Shown: piece by piece, positions 1-14,628 of the stretch | Layout of the letters: every line of letters begins with the position of its first letter | Numbering within the stretch: position 1 is the stretch's first letter | Notes under the pieces: generated by a model | Seen by the model: the letters and a program-made list of their open reading frames with translations, nothing else | The model's database searches: none | Told to the model about the DNA's origin: nothing | NCBI RefSeq assembly: GCF_006345805.1 | Contig: NC_043013.1 | Span: 24,924,001 to 24,988,000, forward strand | Source of the DNA: Octopus sinensis | Lineage: Eukaryota | Direction: 5' to 3' | DNA: 64,000 bases | Position numbers and translations under genes: made by a program

Positions 1-323
1 TTTGTCTTACAAAGTACGTGGTGACCCTGTCAGTGCAGGTGCCACTTAAAAAGCATCCAGTCCACACTGTAAAGTAGTTGACATCTGGAAGAGCATCCAG
101 CTGTGAAAACCTTGCCAAAACTGACCTCGCCTGTACTTGTACCATGTAAAAAACACTAGGTCCACTCTGCTGAGTGGTTGATGTTAGGAAGGGTATCCAG
201 CTGTAAAAATCCTGCCAAAACACTCGCAGAAGTCTTGTACAGGCTTCTGCCTGGCCAACTCTTGTCAAACTGTCCCACCCATGCCAGCATGGAAAGTGGA
301 CATTAAACGATGATGATGATGAT
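1..323 (+). mobile_element. 3' tail copy of an RTE-related retroelement
   Basis: Ends ccatgccagcatggaaagtggacattaaacgatgatgatg, the tail of the RTE at 860-2128. Confidence 0.75.
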
Positions 324-859
324 ATATAAACACATGCATATATGAACACACGTGAGTGTGTGTGTGCGCATGTGTGATTGTGTGTGTTTATACATACATA
401 CAAACATATACACATACATACATGCATATATACATATGTGTTTGTTTATGCATGCAATCGCTATGGGTTTTGCTCATGTTTCCATAAGGTGATCATTTCT
501 TACTATATATCAATGTATATTAGAGAAGACATGGTTCCGAGACTATGCTTCTCATGGCTATTCGGTTGGGGGGGGAGGCATAAGGTCACAGGTCACAGGG
601 GGCATAAGGTCACAGGTCACAGCATAAGGTTAGTGAATTGGCTGCCACAAGGTATTAAAATTCATTCTTGGACTTCACTCACCAAGAGATTTTCCCTTTT
701 CTCTATTTTTACCTAAATAGAAATCTCCAAACAATCTTTTGCCTTGTTTTCTTTAGTTATATTTCTTTATTTAAAATTTTATTTTTGATTCTGTGATGTT
801 TTTATTTTGTGATTATTGTGCATAACTTGTATTTATTGTTTATAATCTATATATGAATG

Positions 860-2128
860 CAGTAAGACCAAATGTATGACAATAAACAATGAAAATGTGC
901 AGATAACAACTTTTGCCACATTCCAAGGAGGAAAAACTAGTAGTTGATAGCTTCCATTACCTAGATGACCAAGTCAGTAGTGGGGGAGGGTGTGCTGAAA
1001 GTGTAGCTGCTAGAATAAGAATAGCCTGGACAAAGTTCAGAGAGCTCCTACCTCTTCTGGTGACAAAGGGCCTCTCACTCAGAGTAAAAGGCAGACTGTA
1101 TGACGCATGTGTACGAACAGCCATGCTACATGGGCTGTGATTGCTGAGGACATGCGTAAGCTTGCAAAGAACGAAGCCAGCATTCTCCGCTGGATGTGTA
1201 ATGTCAGTGTGCATACTTGACAGAGTGTAAGTACCTTGAGAGGAAAGTTGGACCTAAGAAGCATCAGATGTGGTGTGCAAGAGAGACAATTGCGCTGTTG
1301 TGGTCATGTGGTGAGAATGGATGTGGATAGCTGTGTGAAAAAGTGCCACACCCTAGCGGTTGAGGGAACCTGTGGAAGAGGTAGACTCAAGAAGTCCTGG
1401 GATGAGGTGATGAAGCATGACCTTTGAACATTAGGCCTCACCGAGGCAATGACTAGTGACCAAGACCTTTGGAAATATGAGAAGACCTAGCAAGACAAGT
1501 GAGACCATGACCTGTGGCCTTTACCAGGCATGTAGCCAGCCCACTTATGCGTACCTTTCCTTCTTTGGACATAAAACTCTGCTTGCAAAGACCTGTTGAG
1601 GCAAGTGAAATCGAATTTGAAATTGAACCAAATTCGATGATTGGCACCCATGCCAACCTTCCTTCATTTGACACTAAACTCTGCTTGCGAAGACATGTTG
1701 GGTCAAGTGAAATCGAAATTGAACCAAATTCGATGACTGGCACCTGTGCCATTGGAGCGCTAACAGCTCCATCCGAGTGGGATCACTGCCAGAGCAGCTG
1801 TCTGGCTTCCATGCCGGTAGCACATAAAAAGCACCATATGAGCGTGATCATTACCAGAATGGACTTACTGGCACCTGTGACGGTGGCACGTGAACAAAAC
1901 ATTCAAGCGAAGTCGTTGCTAGTGCCGCTGGACTGGCCCTCGTGCCAGTGCATGTAAAAGCACCCACTACAATCTCAGAGTGGTTGGCATTAGGAAGGGC
2001 ATCCAGCTATAGAAACTCTGCCAGATGAGATTGGAGCCTGGTGCAGCCATCTGGTTCACCAGTCCTCAGTCAAATCATCCAACCCATGCTAGCATGGAAA
2101 GCGGACGTTAAACAATGATGATGATGAT
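860..2128 (+). mobile_element. RTE-clade LINE, 5'-truncated: decayed RT C-terminus, modular 3' UTR and (GAT)n tail
   Basis: FHYLDDQVSSGGG...RIRIAWTKFRELLPLL...KGRLYDACVRTAMLHG and GTCGRGRLKKSWDE with frameshifts. Confidence 0.88.
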
Positions 2129-2445
2129 ATATATATGTGTGTCTGTGTCTCTCTTTTTTTCTTATTTCTGTGCTGTCATTTCTGTTTATTTATCCATTTT
2201 TGTTATTAATATTATTATTATTATTCCATCTATTATATCATTAATGTTTTATATATTACATTGCATGCCTTATTTTTGTTATTATTTAAATTCATTTGTT
2301 TGTTTTTGTTTGAGTTATTTTTGTTATATTGTGTTTTTGTTATATGTGTTTTTGTTATATTATGTGTTTTTGTTATGTGTTAAACACCAAAACTTGCAGA
2401 GAAAGCGATAATTTGATTTCTGTTTTCAATGGCTCATTATTTCAG

Positions 2446-2496
2446 AATACCTGAGTCTGCTTCTTTGTTATGCCATCCTTCTAAGCATAAACCCAG
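2446..2496 (+). CDS. TRPM: Probable TRPM exon (variable pre-S1 loop), IPESASLLCHPSKHKPR
   Basis: ttatttcag acceptor, cag|gtcagt donor, 51 nt open in phase 2-2, joins exon 9035 in frame. No conserved motif to confirm it. Confidence 0.55.
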
Positions 2497-5400
2497 GTCA
2501 GTCTTCAAAATGCACTTATTGAAGGAATTATAACAAAATAAGTTAATGGATTATAAATTTATTCTTATCTAAGTGAATAATTTATGGGAGTGAAATGTCA
2601 TCGTTAAATTAGCTTTAATATACTTATTGCAGGAGCACTAAAGATCCAGCAAGAAATAATTATATGATGAAGGAAAATAAATGATATTAGTCAATTACTA
2701 CTGTATTTAAAAAGAGCACAAAAAAAGAAGAGATCAAAGTGTCTTCCTGGATCATATAGACTCATAGAACCAGTTGCCCTGATTCTCTGACATATATACT
2801 CCCCACCACCACGCCCCTAAATGGGACGCCATTCCATTACAGGGAAACTCATTTTTGCCAACTGAGTGGCCTGGAGCAATGTGAAATGAAATGATTTGCT
2901 CAAGAATGCAACGCATCGCCCAGTTCCAAGAATTGAAACCACAATCTTACCATCATGAGTCCAACACCCTTAGCACTAAGCCACAAGTCTCTACACAAAT
3001 GTATATACAACATGTATTTATATTATTATGAAAAATTTAATACCAAACATCAGGGTTGAAACTGGGAAACAGAATTCCACTTAAATGTAGAAAAAGAAAG
3101 GATGAAATATATTGAGTTGGCGAAAAATTCTGTTCAGTTTTTTTAAGCAAAAATAAGACGCAACTTTTAGATACAAAGAGATTTATTCAGTCAATGATAT
3201 ATTTACTATTTCATTCCAGTAACTTCTGCTATTTTGCAGGTAGATCAATTATTCTCTGCTCAAAGAATTTTCTGTCTTAACTGGTAAATAAACTCTTTCA
3301 GGCAGATTTTTACATCCTCTTCAGAGTTGAAGGTTTGTCCATTCAACAAACTATAAAGTGACAGAGGCAGGTGGAACTTTCAAGGTGCAAGGTCTGGCAA
3401 ATAGGGAGGATGTGACAAAACATCCCAATTGGGCACTAGTAATTTCTGCCCTTTTTACAAAGAAGTTTTCAGCCTAACACTGTCGTGATGGAAGACAATG
3501 TGAAAGACAGTGCCCTGATGATTAGCAAGTGCTGGATGCATCTCATGGATCACTGCATTCAATTTGTCCAGCTGGTCATAGAACACATCTGAACCGATAG
3601 TCCTGTCCATGAGAAGATGCTCATAAATGACAACAGCCTTTCAGTCACACCAAATTAAAAGCATGAATTCTTGCTTTGGATTTTGTTTGTGGTGGTTCAT
3701 TGTGCTTCCCTAATGATTGCTTGCACTTCACATTGCTATAGACAATACATTTTTTGTCTTCTCTTACCATCCTCTTTAAAAAAAGGATAATTTTCTTCAT
3801 GTTTCTGCAACGAATTGCCAATGGAAAACTGCTGGATGAGGTTGCCCTCATTCAATTGATGTGGGACCCAGACACCAAGCATTCAGGCATAACCACGTTG
3901 ATGCAGACGGTTTTCAATACTCAGGATATTTGGGGGATATCTGAATCATTCTGGACATATAAGAAGGTTGGTGCCACTGTTACTCTCCATTGGCCAGCCA
4001 GAGTAAGGAGTGTTTTGAACAGAAAAACTTCCAAATCTAGTAAACCACTTTTGGCACACACATTTTGTAAGAGCATCCTTTCTGTACACTGCACAAATTT
4101 TCCTGCAGGCTTCCATCACTTTCTTGCCTTTTTTTAAAATGAAAAAGCTTGAGGTGTCATTAACGTTTATTTTGGTTCTCCAATATCAGGGTACCCCCCT
4201 CCCCAAGCACTTAAAATGCAAACTGTCTTGTTACAAGTGCATGTCAAATTACATTGAAGTGTTAAACACCTAACAAGTGTCCATGCAGAAGGGACTGACT
4301 GAAGTTAGCTACTTATTAAAATGCTTGAAGTTTAATGTTGACAAAAACCAGACATTTTGGCCAATCCAATATTTCTGACTTCTAAGTACAAAATGTGAGA
4401 ATCACATTCTACTCAAATATGGCAATATTATTTTAATTATTTCAATAAATAAGAGAAACAACTATGAATATGTTTCAGCCTTATTATGACTTCATTAGTA
4501 AAATATAGATTTAATTGTATTTACTTACCAAAGTAGAGATGAAAGTATCACTAAGTAAAATGAACAAGAATGGTTAGCATGTAAATTCAAATTTTGCTGG
4601 GGGGGGGGGTCATGCGTGTATTTGTGTGTATATGGGTGTGGCTTTTGAAAGAATAGACTAGGTATAAATACCATATATATGGTATAAAAAGTTAATCTCC
4701 CTATTTATACCATATTCATATTTACTTACATATTTATACAATTATTCACACAAACATACACACACAGACATATACATATATATGTATGTGTGTGTTGGGT
4801 GCGAAGGTAGTTAGGGGTGTTGCACTCATGATTGCTAAATTTTGGGTTCAATTCCATGATCAAGCAGCATGCCATGTTCTTGACCAAAACACTTCATTTC
4901 ACATTGCCCCAGTCCATTCAGCTGAAAATGGTCAACCCTACAACAGGACAACCTTCTGACCAAAGGTGAATAATGGCCTGCTTGTCTGACTAGTGTGGTG
5001 GAATCATTTGAAATATATATATATATGTAATTGAAAAATTAGATCTCACAACTTGATCTAATAATGTTGGGAAACAGCTGCACAATCAAGTACTTGCATG
5101 CCTGGAGAGTATGTTGCGCAGAAACGATTGTAAGGATTAAAAAATAAATGTCCAACCGTACTCCTTCCCGTTGACTCCAATTTCTTTCATTCATCTATTC
5201 ACATGACAGATGCCCAAATGCAAACCTGGACATATCTATAATAATAATACTACTACTGGACAGTACAGGATAAATCTGAACATGGACAAGCTTTATACTG
5301 TACTCTACTTAGTTTCATCATAGAATATACTGTAACTGTGTGTGTGTGTGTGTGAGAGAGAGAGTTTGGTGATGCAAAGATGAAAATATAGAACTCAGAG

Positions 5401-8400
5401 CATGAATTCTATATTTTTTTTTTTTTCTATAGTAGAAAGGATTATTAATAATTAACCTTTGAATTAATCTGTAACTTCTGTTCATTACTAATAATCATCA
5501 TTGTCGTTTAACGTCCACTTTCCATGCTGGCATGGGTTGGACGATTTGACTGAGGTATTGCGAACCAGTAGGCTGCACCATGCTCCAATCTGATCTGGCA
5601 GAGTTTCTACAGCTGGATGCCCTTCCTCATGCGAACCACTCCAAGAGTGTAGTGGGTGCTTTTATGTGCCACAGGCACGAGGGTCAGTCAGCCAATACTG
5701 GCAATGGCCATGCTCAAATGGTGTTTTTATGTGTCACCTGCACAGGAGTCAGTCCAGCGGCACTGGCAACGCCCTCACTTGAATGTTGTTTTTCACGTAC
5801 GACCGGCACAACTTGATACCTCTGTAAGCGTCACCTTTATCTTTGTAGCAGTTGACTATTATGCTGCTACACCAGTCATTTGGTATAACTCCTTCATGTA
5901 TCACCTGGTTAACAATATGAGTGACTAGGCTATAGCCGACACCAACGGATATTTTGAGTATCTCTGCGGTAATTCCTGATGGACCGGGGGCTTTCCCTAT
6001 CTTCATATTCTTAATAGCTTTATCTATCAAGGTACTGTCAATTCGGATAGCTGGTCCCTCTGTTGGGTCAACATTCGGCAGACTCTCTTTCTCTCATTCA
6101 TTCTCTTTATTGAGCAACTTTTCATAGTGGCATCTGCAAACCTCATCCATGCGGACACATTTCTCTCCTACAACATCACAATTCTCTCTCACACACTGTC
6201 TGATACAATTCCCTGCTACCACCATTCTTCCAGTCCTTCCAAGCCTGTTTCTTTTTCTAATAGCCCTGTCAACCACACTGTTCCCCCACCATGCTACCTT
6301 GGGTCGAAAGGGGACTTTGCACCATCCACAGAACTGGTCAGTGGCTCTCAGCAGGTTGTCCCGTAGGAACCCCCAGTTGTCTTCCACATCATGTGATGCT
6401 ATATCCCCTTCTATTTCGTCAAAGGTTTTGAGTAATATATCTCTAAATCTCTGTCCATTTGCAGGATCTTTAAGCTTCCAGACCCTTCTCCTCCATGCTG
6501 GTCATCTTCTGGGCATCCATTTAGCCCTGATCCTGAAGTCACTAACTACTAGTCTATGTTGAGAGATACATTCTTCTGGGAATGTTTTGGCATTTATAAG
6601 CAGCCATCTTTCTCTTTTTCTGGTGAGGATGTAGTCAATTTGGCTAGTGTGTCTGCCAGAACGGTAGGTACCTAGGTGACTGTCAGGTTTCCTGAAGTTG
6701 GTATTGCAAACCATAAGATCATTTGCATTGCAGAACTCCAGCAGTGTGGTTCCTTCTTCATTGCGGGAACCAAAACCATAACCTCCATGGAAGCCTCCTG
6801 CATGTTGTTCAACATGTCCATTGAAGTCACCAGCCACAAAGAGAAGGTCCCTATCATTCGTCAACGAGGTAGTCTGCAAGAGGGTGTCATAAAAGTGGTC
6901 TTTCTGCCCATCAGGTAGCCCTGGTTGAGGGGCATAGGCCGAGATAATAGCTGCTAAACTATGATGAGGCACAAATCCAATCTTAAGTATTCTGTTACAT
7001 ACTCTGAGTACCTCGATTACCTTATCAACCCATTTCTCCACAAGAAGTATACCCACGCCCTCGACCCTGTTAGTGTTCCCTGTCCAGAAAATCTTGCACC
7101 TGTGTTCTTTGCCTGTGAGGAACCTAGTGGAACTTCCTCTCTACCTTACTTCTTGAAGGCAACACAAATCGACACATCTCCATTCAAGCATCTCAACGAT
7201 CTCACCAGACCTACCTTTCAGTATGCCGACGTTGAGTGTCCCAGCTCTGTGGGAGGTGAGGGCCCGTGAAACCCTGGGATGAGGGACAGCAGTGTCCCTC
7301 GCATTTAGCAGAATTCATAAACAAACTGTAGCCTTCAACCTGCATACACTACACTATCATTTCTATGCACTATATGATTGATAAACCCTAGGTAGGGGTG
7401 GGGATGGTGTTAAACCTTTAGAAGGATGACAAAGGATAGGAACTTTCGGTATAGATGGAGGGTGTGGGAGGGCGGATGTACCGCGAGCCAGCAAATTTGG
7501 ACAAGAGCATCTTCTGGATTTCTATACTTTCGGGGGGAGTTATTAAAAGTCGAGTAGGGGAATCAGAGTGCATGCGCTAGTTTATAAAGGGTAGGGATGG
7601 TGGAGGAGGGTGGGAGGCGTTGGCAAATCAAGTGGTAAATCAAAAGACAGAGAGCGAGAGAGAGGGGTCAGAGTTATGGTGGTCAAGCACAGAACACGAG
7701 GGAGAAAAAGTATTCTTTGGAATTTTGGATAACATAATTTAATGAAACAGCAAATGCCGATAATAGTGAAATAGCATTGAAAAATCTTAGAATTTCCGGT
7801 CAGCCACTCTGTGACAAATTTAGGGAGATGAGTTATGATATGATAAACTTGAATAAATATATACGAGACGATTAACAGATATGCATGAACTTAATATATA
7901 TATTTTACTAGTTTCGGCCAGATGCTGAGGCCATGCTGGAACACTGCTTTTCAATGTGATTAGGTTTCATTCTTGTACTGTTGCTGGTGATGTAACAAGT
8001 TGAACAGAGCTGGTTTTCTTTGTTGCCGCCTTCCACAATATGGGTTCATCTGGTATCTTAGAAAAAAAATCTGTCCAGACACTCTTTGAAGATCTCCACA
8101 TCTACACTTCACAAATCTCTGAGGTTGTTTGACAGAATGTTGAGTAGTTGTGGACCTTTGAAACCCAAGCTGTTACTGGGTCCTTATTCTCAATGGAGAA
8201 GGCAGGAGCTCTGCTACTATGCAATGTCAACCAGTTTGGTTGTTTATATAACTTTCAATTCCAAAGTTTGGAGCAAGATCTTCCAGGGACTTCCATATAT
8301 ATATTACTGCATACATTTCGTGCCTTCTTTCTTGAGAGTAGAGTTTCTCTTCCTTTAGCCTTTCCCCACAGTTCATCTGTTTCACCAAGTCAATCTTCTT

Positions 8401-8942
8401 TGTGTAGTGATGCTGGATTGCTTCAAGTTCTACCACCAGCTTGACACTCTGCAGTGACTGCAGCTGAGAGCAGTAATGCAGCAGATATTCAGAACAAAAG
8501 TCAGTCCATAAGAGACAAATAAACATGAACACAGTGTACTATGTGATTCTGTACCAACGACTGTGAATCACTTTCATTCATCTGTCATTCTTTCTCCTTT
8601 CTTCCTCCTCCTCCTCCTTCCTTACACAGACCCTTTTCTTACCTCCTCTCTCACACTCCTCTCTACACATCCACTTCATCACCATGCTTGATCTTCATTC
8701 CTTTCTCAAGCAACTCTACTTGCTTCTCCAGCTATGTAACAACTCATGAGCTTCTCTCACACTGCCTGCTCCTTCTTGCTTTTCCTCTTCTCTGGACTCT
8801 TTCCGACAAAGTGCCATGCTCAGAACATTATTTCTGCCCCTATTTTTCCATTTTTAACTTCCACTGAGCACCATTCTAATATATTCACTGTGTGCCTCCA
8901 ATTGACTTTTGCTGGTTTTTCCTTTATTTTAAATTTACCTCT

Positions 8943-8975
<33 letters not shown>

Positions 8976-11180
8976 ATATTAATTCCATTGTGTTGTTAAT
9001 TAATGAAATAAAATTCTTCAAATTCTTGTTCCAGGAATACATGTTCCAAGATGTTCAGTAGACTCCTGTTATTCTATAACACTCCTGTCATAACATTTTT
9101 TGGAAATTTGGTTGGTATTTACATTTAAACATTTCAAATACATATTTTCTATTCTTTTGTTAATGGTTTCGTTCATTACACTGTGGTCATGCTAAAGCAA
9201 TTCCTTTAAGTGTTTTCCTGACCATTAGAGTCTGACAAGACCTATGCAAAGCCAAGTGCATTATGGGCACAAAACTCTGGCTAATTCTATGAATCAACCA
9301 AAACTATTTTCATCTAAATATTCTGCTGCTCTATGGTTTATAGTATGCTTCTCTTTCGGATTTATGACTTACAGCCTACCAAATCCACTCACAAGGCCCA
9401 GGGCTATAGTAGAAGACACTTGCCCATGGTGCCACGCAGTGGGACTGAACCTGGAACCATGTGGTTGGGAAGAGAGAATATTTTCCCTAAACAATGCTTC
9501 TGCCATTTGTGGACATGCTCATAAAAGATCTGAGTACTAGGCCCTACCCCAAAATTTCAGGCCTTGGTACTTTTTTTATCGACCCCGGAAGGATGAAAGG
9601 CAAAGTTGACCTCGGTGAAATTTGAACTTAGAACGTATAGCCGGACGAAATGCTGCCAAGTCTGATGCGCTAACGATTCTGCCAGCTCAAAAAATGGATA
9701 AAACTTGGTGATACAAACTCACAAAACAAGGGAGGTAACTTATGTAAACAACTTCAGTAAATCGCTCAGCAACTGGGACTTTAAAACTTAACAATCACAG
9801 TTGTAGCTTCTCACCCTTCCTACCTTCCTAATGAGAGACGGAAAGACAATACTAATGACATTTTGTATAGAACCAGAAATCGGCTATATGAGGGAAAGGA
9901 AGAAGAAATCGCAATTCACTGACGTAGACCATACTGGAGTCGTCTACCATCAGACTGAAGACGCGTGTTTAAATGTTTACAATAAAGGCAATTCTGCTAT
10001 AATTACCCCAATTGGGTTTGAAAACAACTTTTTCCTTAGGATCAGTTGCCCTCAAAAACCGAGTTTCACCATGTTAACACGTTGGATCACGAGCTTCCCT
10101 TATCTTAGAGTCGCAATACAATATCTTAATTAACCATTTGTGAGGCAAAGATTACATAGATTATGTTGGATACCCACGTCCCACCGGAGGGTCGTGTGGT
10201 ACTCTAGTTCATATTCCATCCTAGATACCACACGACCTACTCGTGGTCAATTAAAACTTGGGGATATTTTCTTTTGGAAGATCTCGAAATCTTTTCAAAA
10301 AGAACTATTTTGGTTTTACATGGCAAGTAAAATATTTTTCATTCCTTTCTGTTTTGGGGTTTTTTTGGGGGAAAATCTACCAATTTCTTCAAAAATAACT
10401 ATTTTTGTTTCAATGGCAGATAGAATTTTCTCAATACTCAATCTTTTATTTTACCTCATTACTTGGAGAAATCAGAAGAAAAACCAAAAAAATATATACA
10501 AAATCAAAAAAAAACTTGTTCTCTTAGTGTAGCAAAAGCACAAATCAAAGCAATTGGAGCATTCCAGCTCTCAGAAAGTCCAAAGGAAAGAATTTAAGAA
10601 ATGACCTGCTGGTGGGCCGGGAGTGACTCACTAGCATACCACACGACCCACTGGCAGGACGTGTGGGAGCCAACGTGTTAAGTGCACACAGGCTATGAGA
10701 TCCAGGCAGAGAATTGTTAGGGTGGAGGACAAAAATTCCTGGCAGAGATTATTCTGACGCTCTACAGTCCCAGTTCAGATCCAGACAAAAGTCAACCCTG
10801 CTTTTCATCGTTTTTTTTTTTGTTCCCTTTTTGATGGTAGTGGGGGGTGGATAAAATATATTCGGTACCCGTCCAGGATTGGGGATTTGAGGATTTATCA
10901 GAGTAATGGATGGATTTGCTACCTTGTGGTGTTTGCTCTATCACTTTGCATTCCAGGTTGTAGGTTGTAAACTGAATCCATCACCTGGTTTAGCACCATT
11001 TGCGTTGTTTTCCTTGTTTGCCAGTGGCAGAGTTCACCATAAGGTGAAAACTTTGGATAGATCTCTGGTTTGAGAACAACTTTCACCTTTTCTCCTGTCA
11101 GTCTCAGGGGAACCCAAAAATGACATACACACAAATACATTCACACACATATGTATGCACATACACACAGACAAACACAT

Positions 11181-11222
<42 letters not shown>

Positions 11223-14200
11223 AGACACACATACGCATATACATACATACACACACACACACTCACATGCACACAACTCCTCTTAATCATAAGATGTTCG
11301 TGAAATATTTAGCAAGTATATTTTGGGGAAAAACTTAGTTTTGTTTTTTTTTTAAATTCTTTATGGTTTTCTGTCTTACATAAAATGCTTCAATTCTTTT
11401 ATTTCCAGATATTTTACATGATCTTCCTTGGCATTTATAGCTACGTCGTACTTGTTGAACTTGAACAGCATATTTCTGTTCTTGAATGGCTTCTTCTTGT
11501 GTGGGTGATTGGAATATTTACAGAAGAAGTTCACCAGGTAAATATTGTCTCAGAATTATTTCATCAAAGCCATTTTTGTCGTTAATATGAATAGATGAGG
11601 CATAACTGGGAAAAGATAAAGAAAAGAAAAATAGGAATGGAAGTTAGCAGGTGAAGAATTTGGGAGGAAAGAACCATGTTTGATCTGAGGACATTCGGTT
11701 TCACAATTTCAATGATGCAGAATCAATGTGTTCTGTAGGAATGCTGTTTTCACAGACCTGTGCAACGGATATCAGCATGGAAAGAGAAAGCAAAAACACA
11801 AAAACAAATGATGATGATGATGACAAAAACGATGATGGCAATGACGATCATGATGATGGTGACGACAAAGATGATGACAATGACAACGATGGTGACAATG
11901 ACGATGATAAAGATGATGATGATGACAACAAGGAGGAGAAGGCAGAAGATATATTTCCATTAAATAAAGGAGTAGTACTATAAATGGCAACATAAATAAA
12001 TGGTGATGTGAATATATGTGATGACAATGATAAATGCTAAAAATAGAAACACTAAAATACATTGTGTGTGAATATCTATAAACGTAGAAATATAATAATT
12101 ATGTGTGAATGTGTAATTTGCATAATAATAATAATAATAATGAAATTATTGAATAAGTGCTCAGGTGCACCACAACCTGTCAGAAAGTGCATATAAAGTA
12201 CATGCAGAAATGTAGAAATGTTTGGAAAGCGAACAATGTATGAGTCAGATACATGCTTGTGTGTGTATGGAGGGGAGAAAATCAAGTGTAGTGTTGGCGA
12301 ATCTCAGGAAGCATGGAAGTTTTGAAGGATGCAGTGCTCCGACAACTAACAACTGATGCCGGCAGTTTGTTCCATGCTTCAGCAACTCTCAGCGTAATGA
12401 TTGTGTATGTTATCAAATGTCTTCAATGAAAAAAGCCGAGGCACACACCACAATTCTTTTACCAAGAATATTTATTACCTCCATCTTACTGCAGAGTCTA
12501 AATGCAAAGCTGTCTTGTGTGATGTTATAGAAGTCTTTAGGAAGATTCTACTGAACTCGTTGTTCCATTACCTTCCCAAATAAGCTTCACTTTTCATAAT
12601 CTGTTGAAAGTGGATAGGAAAATCCAAGTTGTCACATTTACACCTTTCCTAAGACTATTAGAGATTTTCAGATGAATATTTCCAGCTGAGAAAATAAAAC
12701 AGTTTGCAAAGAATTTTCCCGCTACTCCATGGTGCCTGAATTCCACTACATTCAGAGTATCTTTATGCCATTCTGTGTTATTTTGATGTTGCGTTACCAC
12801 AATGCCACTGCTTTGTACCTTGTCATGCCATCAGCATCATATTGTGTTGTGTAGGTAGGTTTTGCAATATTTTGGTAACTCACTTGCTTTATTTGTCAGT
12901 TCTTTAATCCAACACTGATTCCAGTTCTCGTCCTGTGAAACAAAGAACTCCTTCACTGATGCTTCCACTTCCTTTTGTTTGATGAAGCCTTGTGAGCATG
13001 GAGTAATGAGCCATGGATTGGAACATGTAATAATTAAAGATCCCAACATGCACAAGAACAAGAACTGGTCTCTAATGTATTGTTAAATACAATTTTGCAG
13101 TGGAATACTAATGCAGTGCTTCCCAAAGTGGGTGGTACTGCTACTACCTGGGGGAAGTGGAAAGATCCAGGGAGGTGTTGAAGGAAAATGGGGAGATAAT
13201 GGGGTGACCAAAATGAGGCAATGGATGCAGAAAAACAAACAAAATGGAGGGTTAATTAGATTGTTTTATTTGTGAAATGCAGTTGTTTTGAATTTGCTGC
13301 AGAAAATGGTGCATGTCTGTGAAGATTCTAAGGCCACTAGGAATGTGACCTTAGAACCAAAGCGACAAAGATTCAAAGGCCACTAGGAATGTGGCCTTAG
13401 AACCAAAGGAAGAGTAACCTGAAAAAGTTTAAGAACTACTGTACTAAAGAAAACAGAAGTTTGAAGATTAGTTCTGAATTTAACATAAAAATTGGTTAGT
13501 AATTGTGACTTAATACAGAAAAATTTCCCCGCAAAGCTTTGCTGCATCGAACAACCTTTATTCAACTGTGACACTTAGAAGTAATGTATGTCACACACGT
13601 GATAACATCCAGTTTTTGTGAACAAACACTTCCTCGTTGCTTTATATTGGAATTAATTTAGTGAAGGTGAATTTTTAAGAACAGTGTATTAAGAAATATT
13701 TGAGTTAAATTGCTAAATATTTATTTAAATATCTTCATTATAAACAGTTTATTGAAGTTTACAAAGTATTTGCGTTTTCGATTCTTTAAAAGGTTTTGTT
13801 TGATTTTTAAAAATTTCTTTCTTCTATATTTTATCCTTTTTCTTTTAATATCTTTACAAAACATACCTGAACATTATTATTTCTCTCTCTCTCTCTCTCT
13901 CTCTTTCACTATCTTTCCATATATATATACATACTTTTGTGAACCAGACCAGCACTACTTTACAATCTTCGCATGATTTTTAATACTTATTTCTTGATCC
14001 TTCACTTTACCTGTAAGAGGTTTTATCACCAGTGTTTTAAATATATATTTTTTTTTTTATGCTCTTATCTACTTTATTTCTGTGCATCTTGCCAAACTCT
14101 TCCAAGAAATTCTTCATATTTATCTTTTCTAATTTAATTTTTCTTTTTCTGTTTTATATATATATATATATGTATAAGAGAATTATTTTCTCTAATTACA

Positions 14201-14569
14201 AGAAGATCATACAGAGATTAAAATGGAATATTAATAGAGCTGTTCTAATTTGAAGTTTCAATTACTGAATCATGTTAAATGATGTTAAGTTGCCTGCCTT
14301 GAGTTTTCTCTGGCTTTGAAACTAACTTTTAACACTAAATTTGTACTATATATGCATACATACTTATAATGTATAATTTTTTTCTAAATAACAAAACCAG
14401 CACTGCTAAACAATCTTTGCATGCTTTTTCTATAAATTTTTGCTCCATTAATTGCAATATTTCCAAAAAGTCTATCTTCAGTATTTTTTAAATCTTTATC
14501 TATTTTATTCTACATGGAATTAATTTCTGTTTCTCTTTTTTCGTACTTGGTCTTTTGTATGTATGCGTG

Positions 14570-14628
<59 letters not shown>

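Noticed and set aside
524-564. Possible extra TRPM micro-exon (tag...cg|gttggg)
   Set aside because: Weak acceptor, no recognisable TRPM motif, and all three frames are open.
4462-4500. Hammerhead-like CTAATGA...GAAA on the minus strand (similar at 40745-40765)
   Set aside because: G5 is lost and stem I or stem II cannot form; too degenerate to call.
11726-12062. Poly-Asp, poly-Met and poly-His ORFs (also 31255-31626)
   Set aside because: Translations of intronic (GAT)n microsatellites; flanking TRPM exons join in frame without them.
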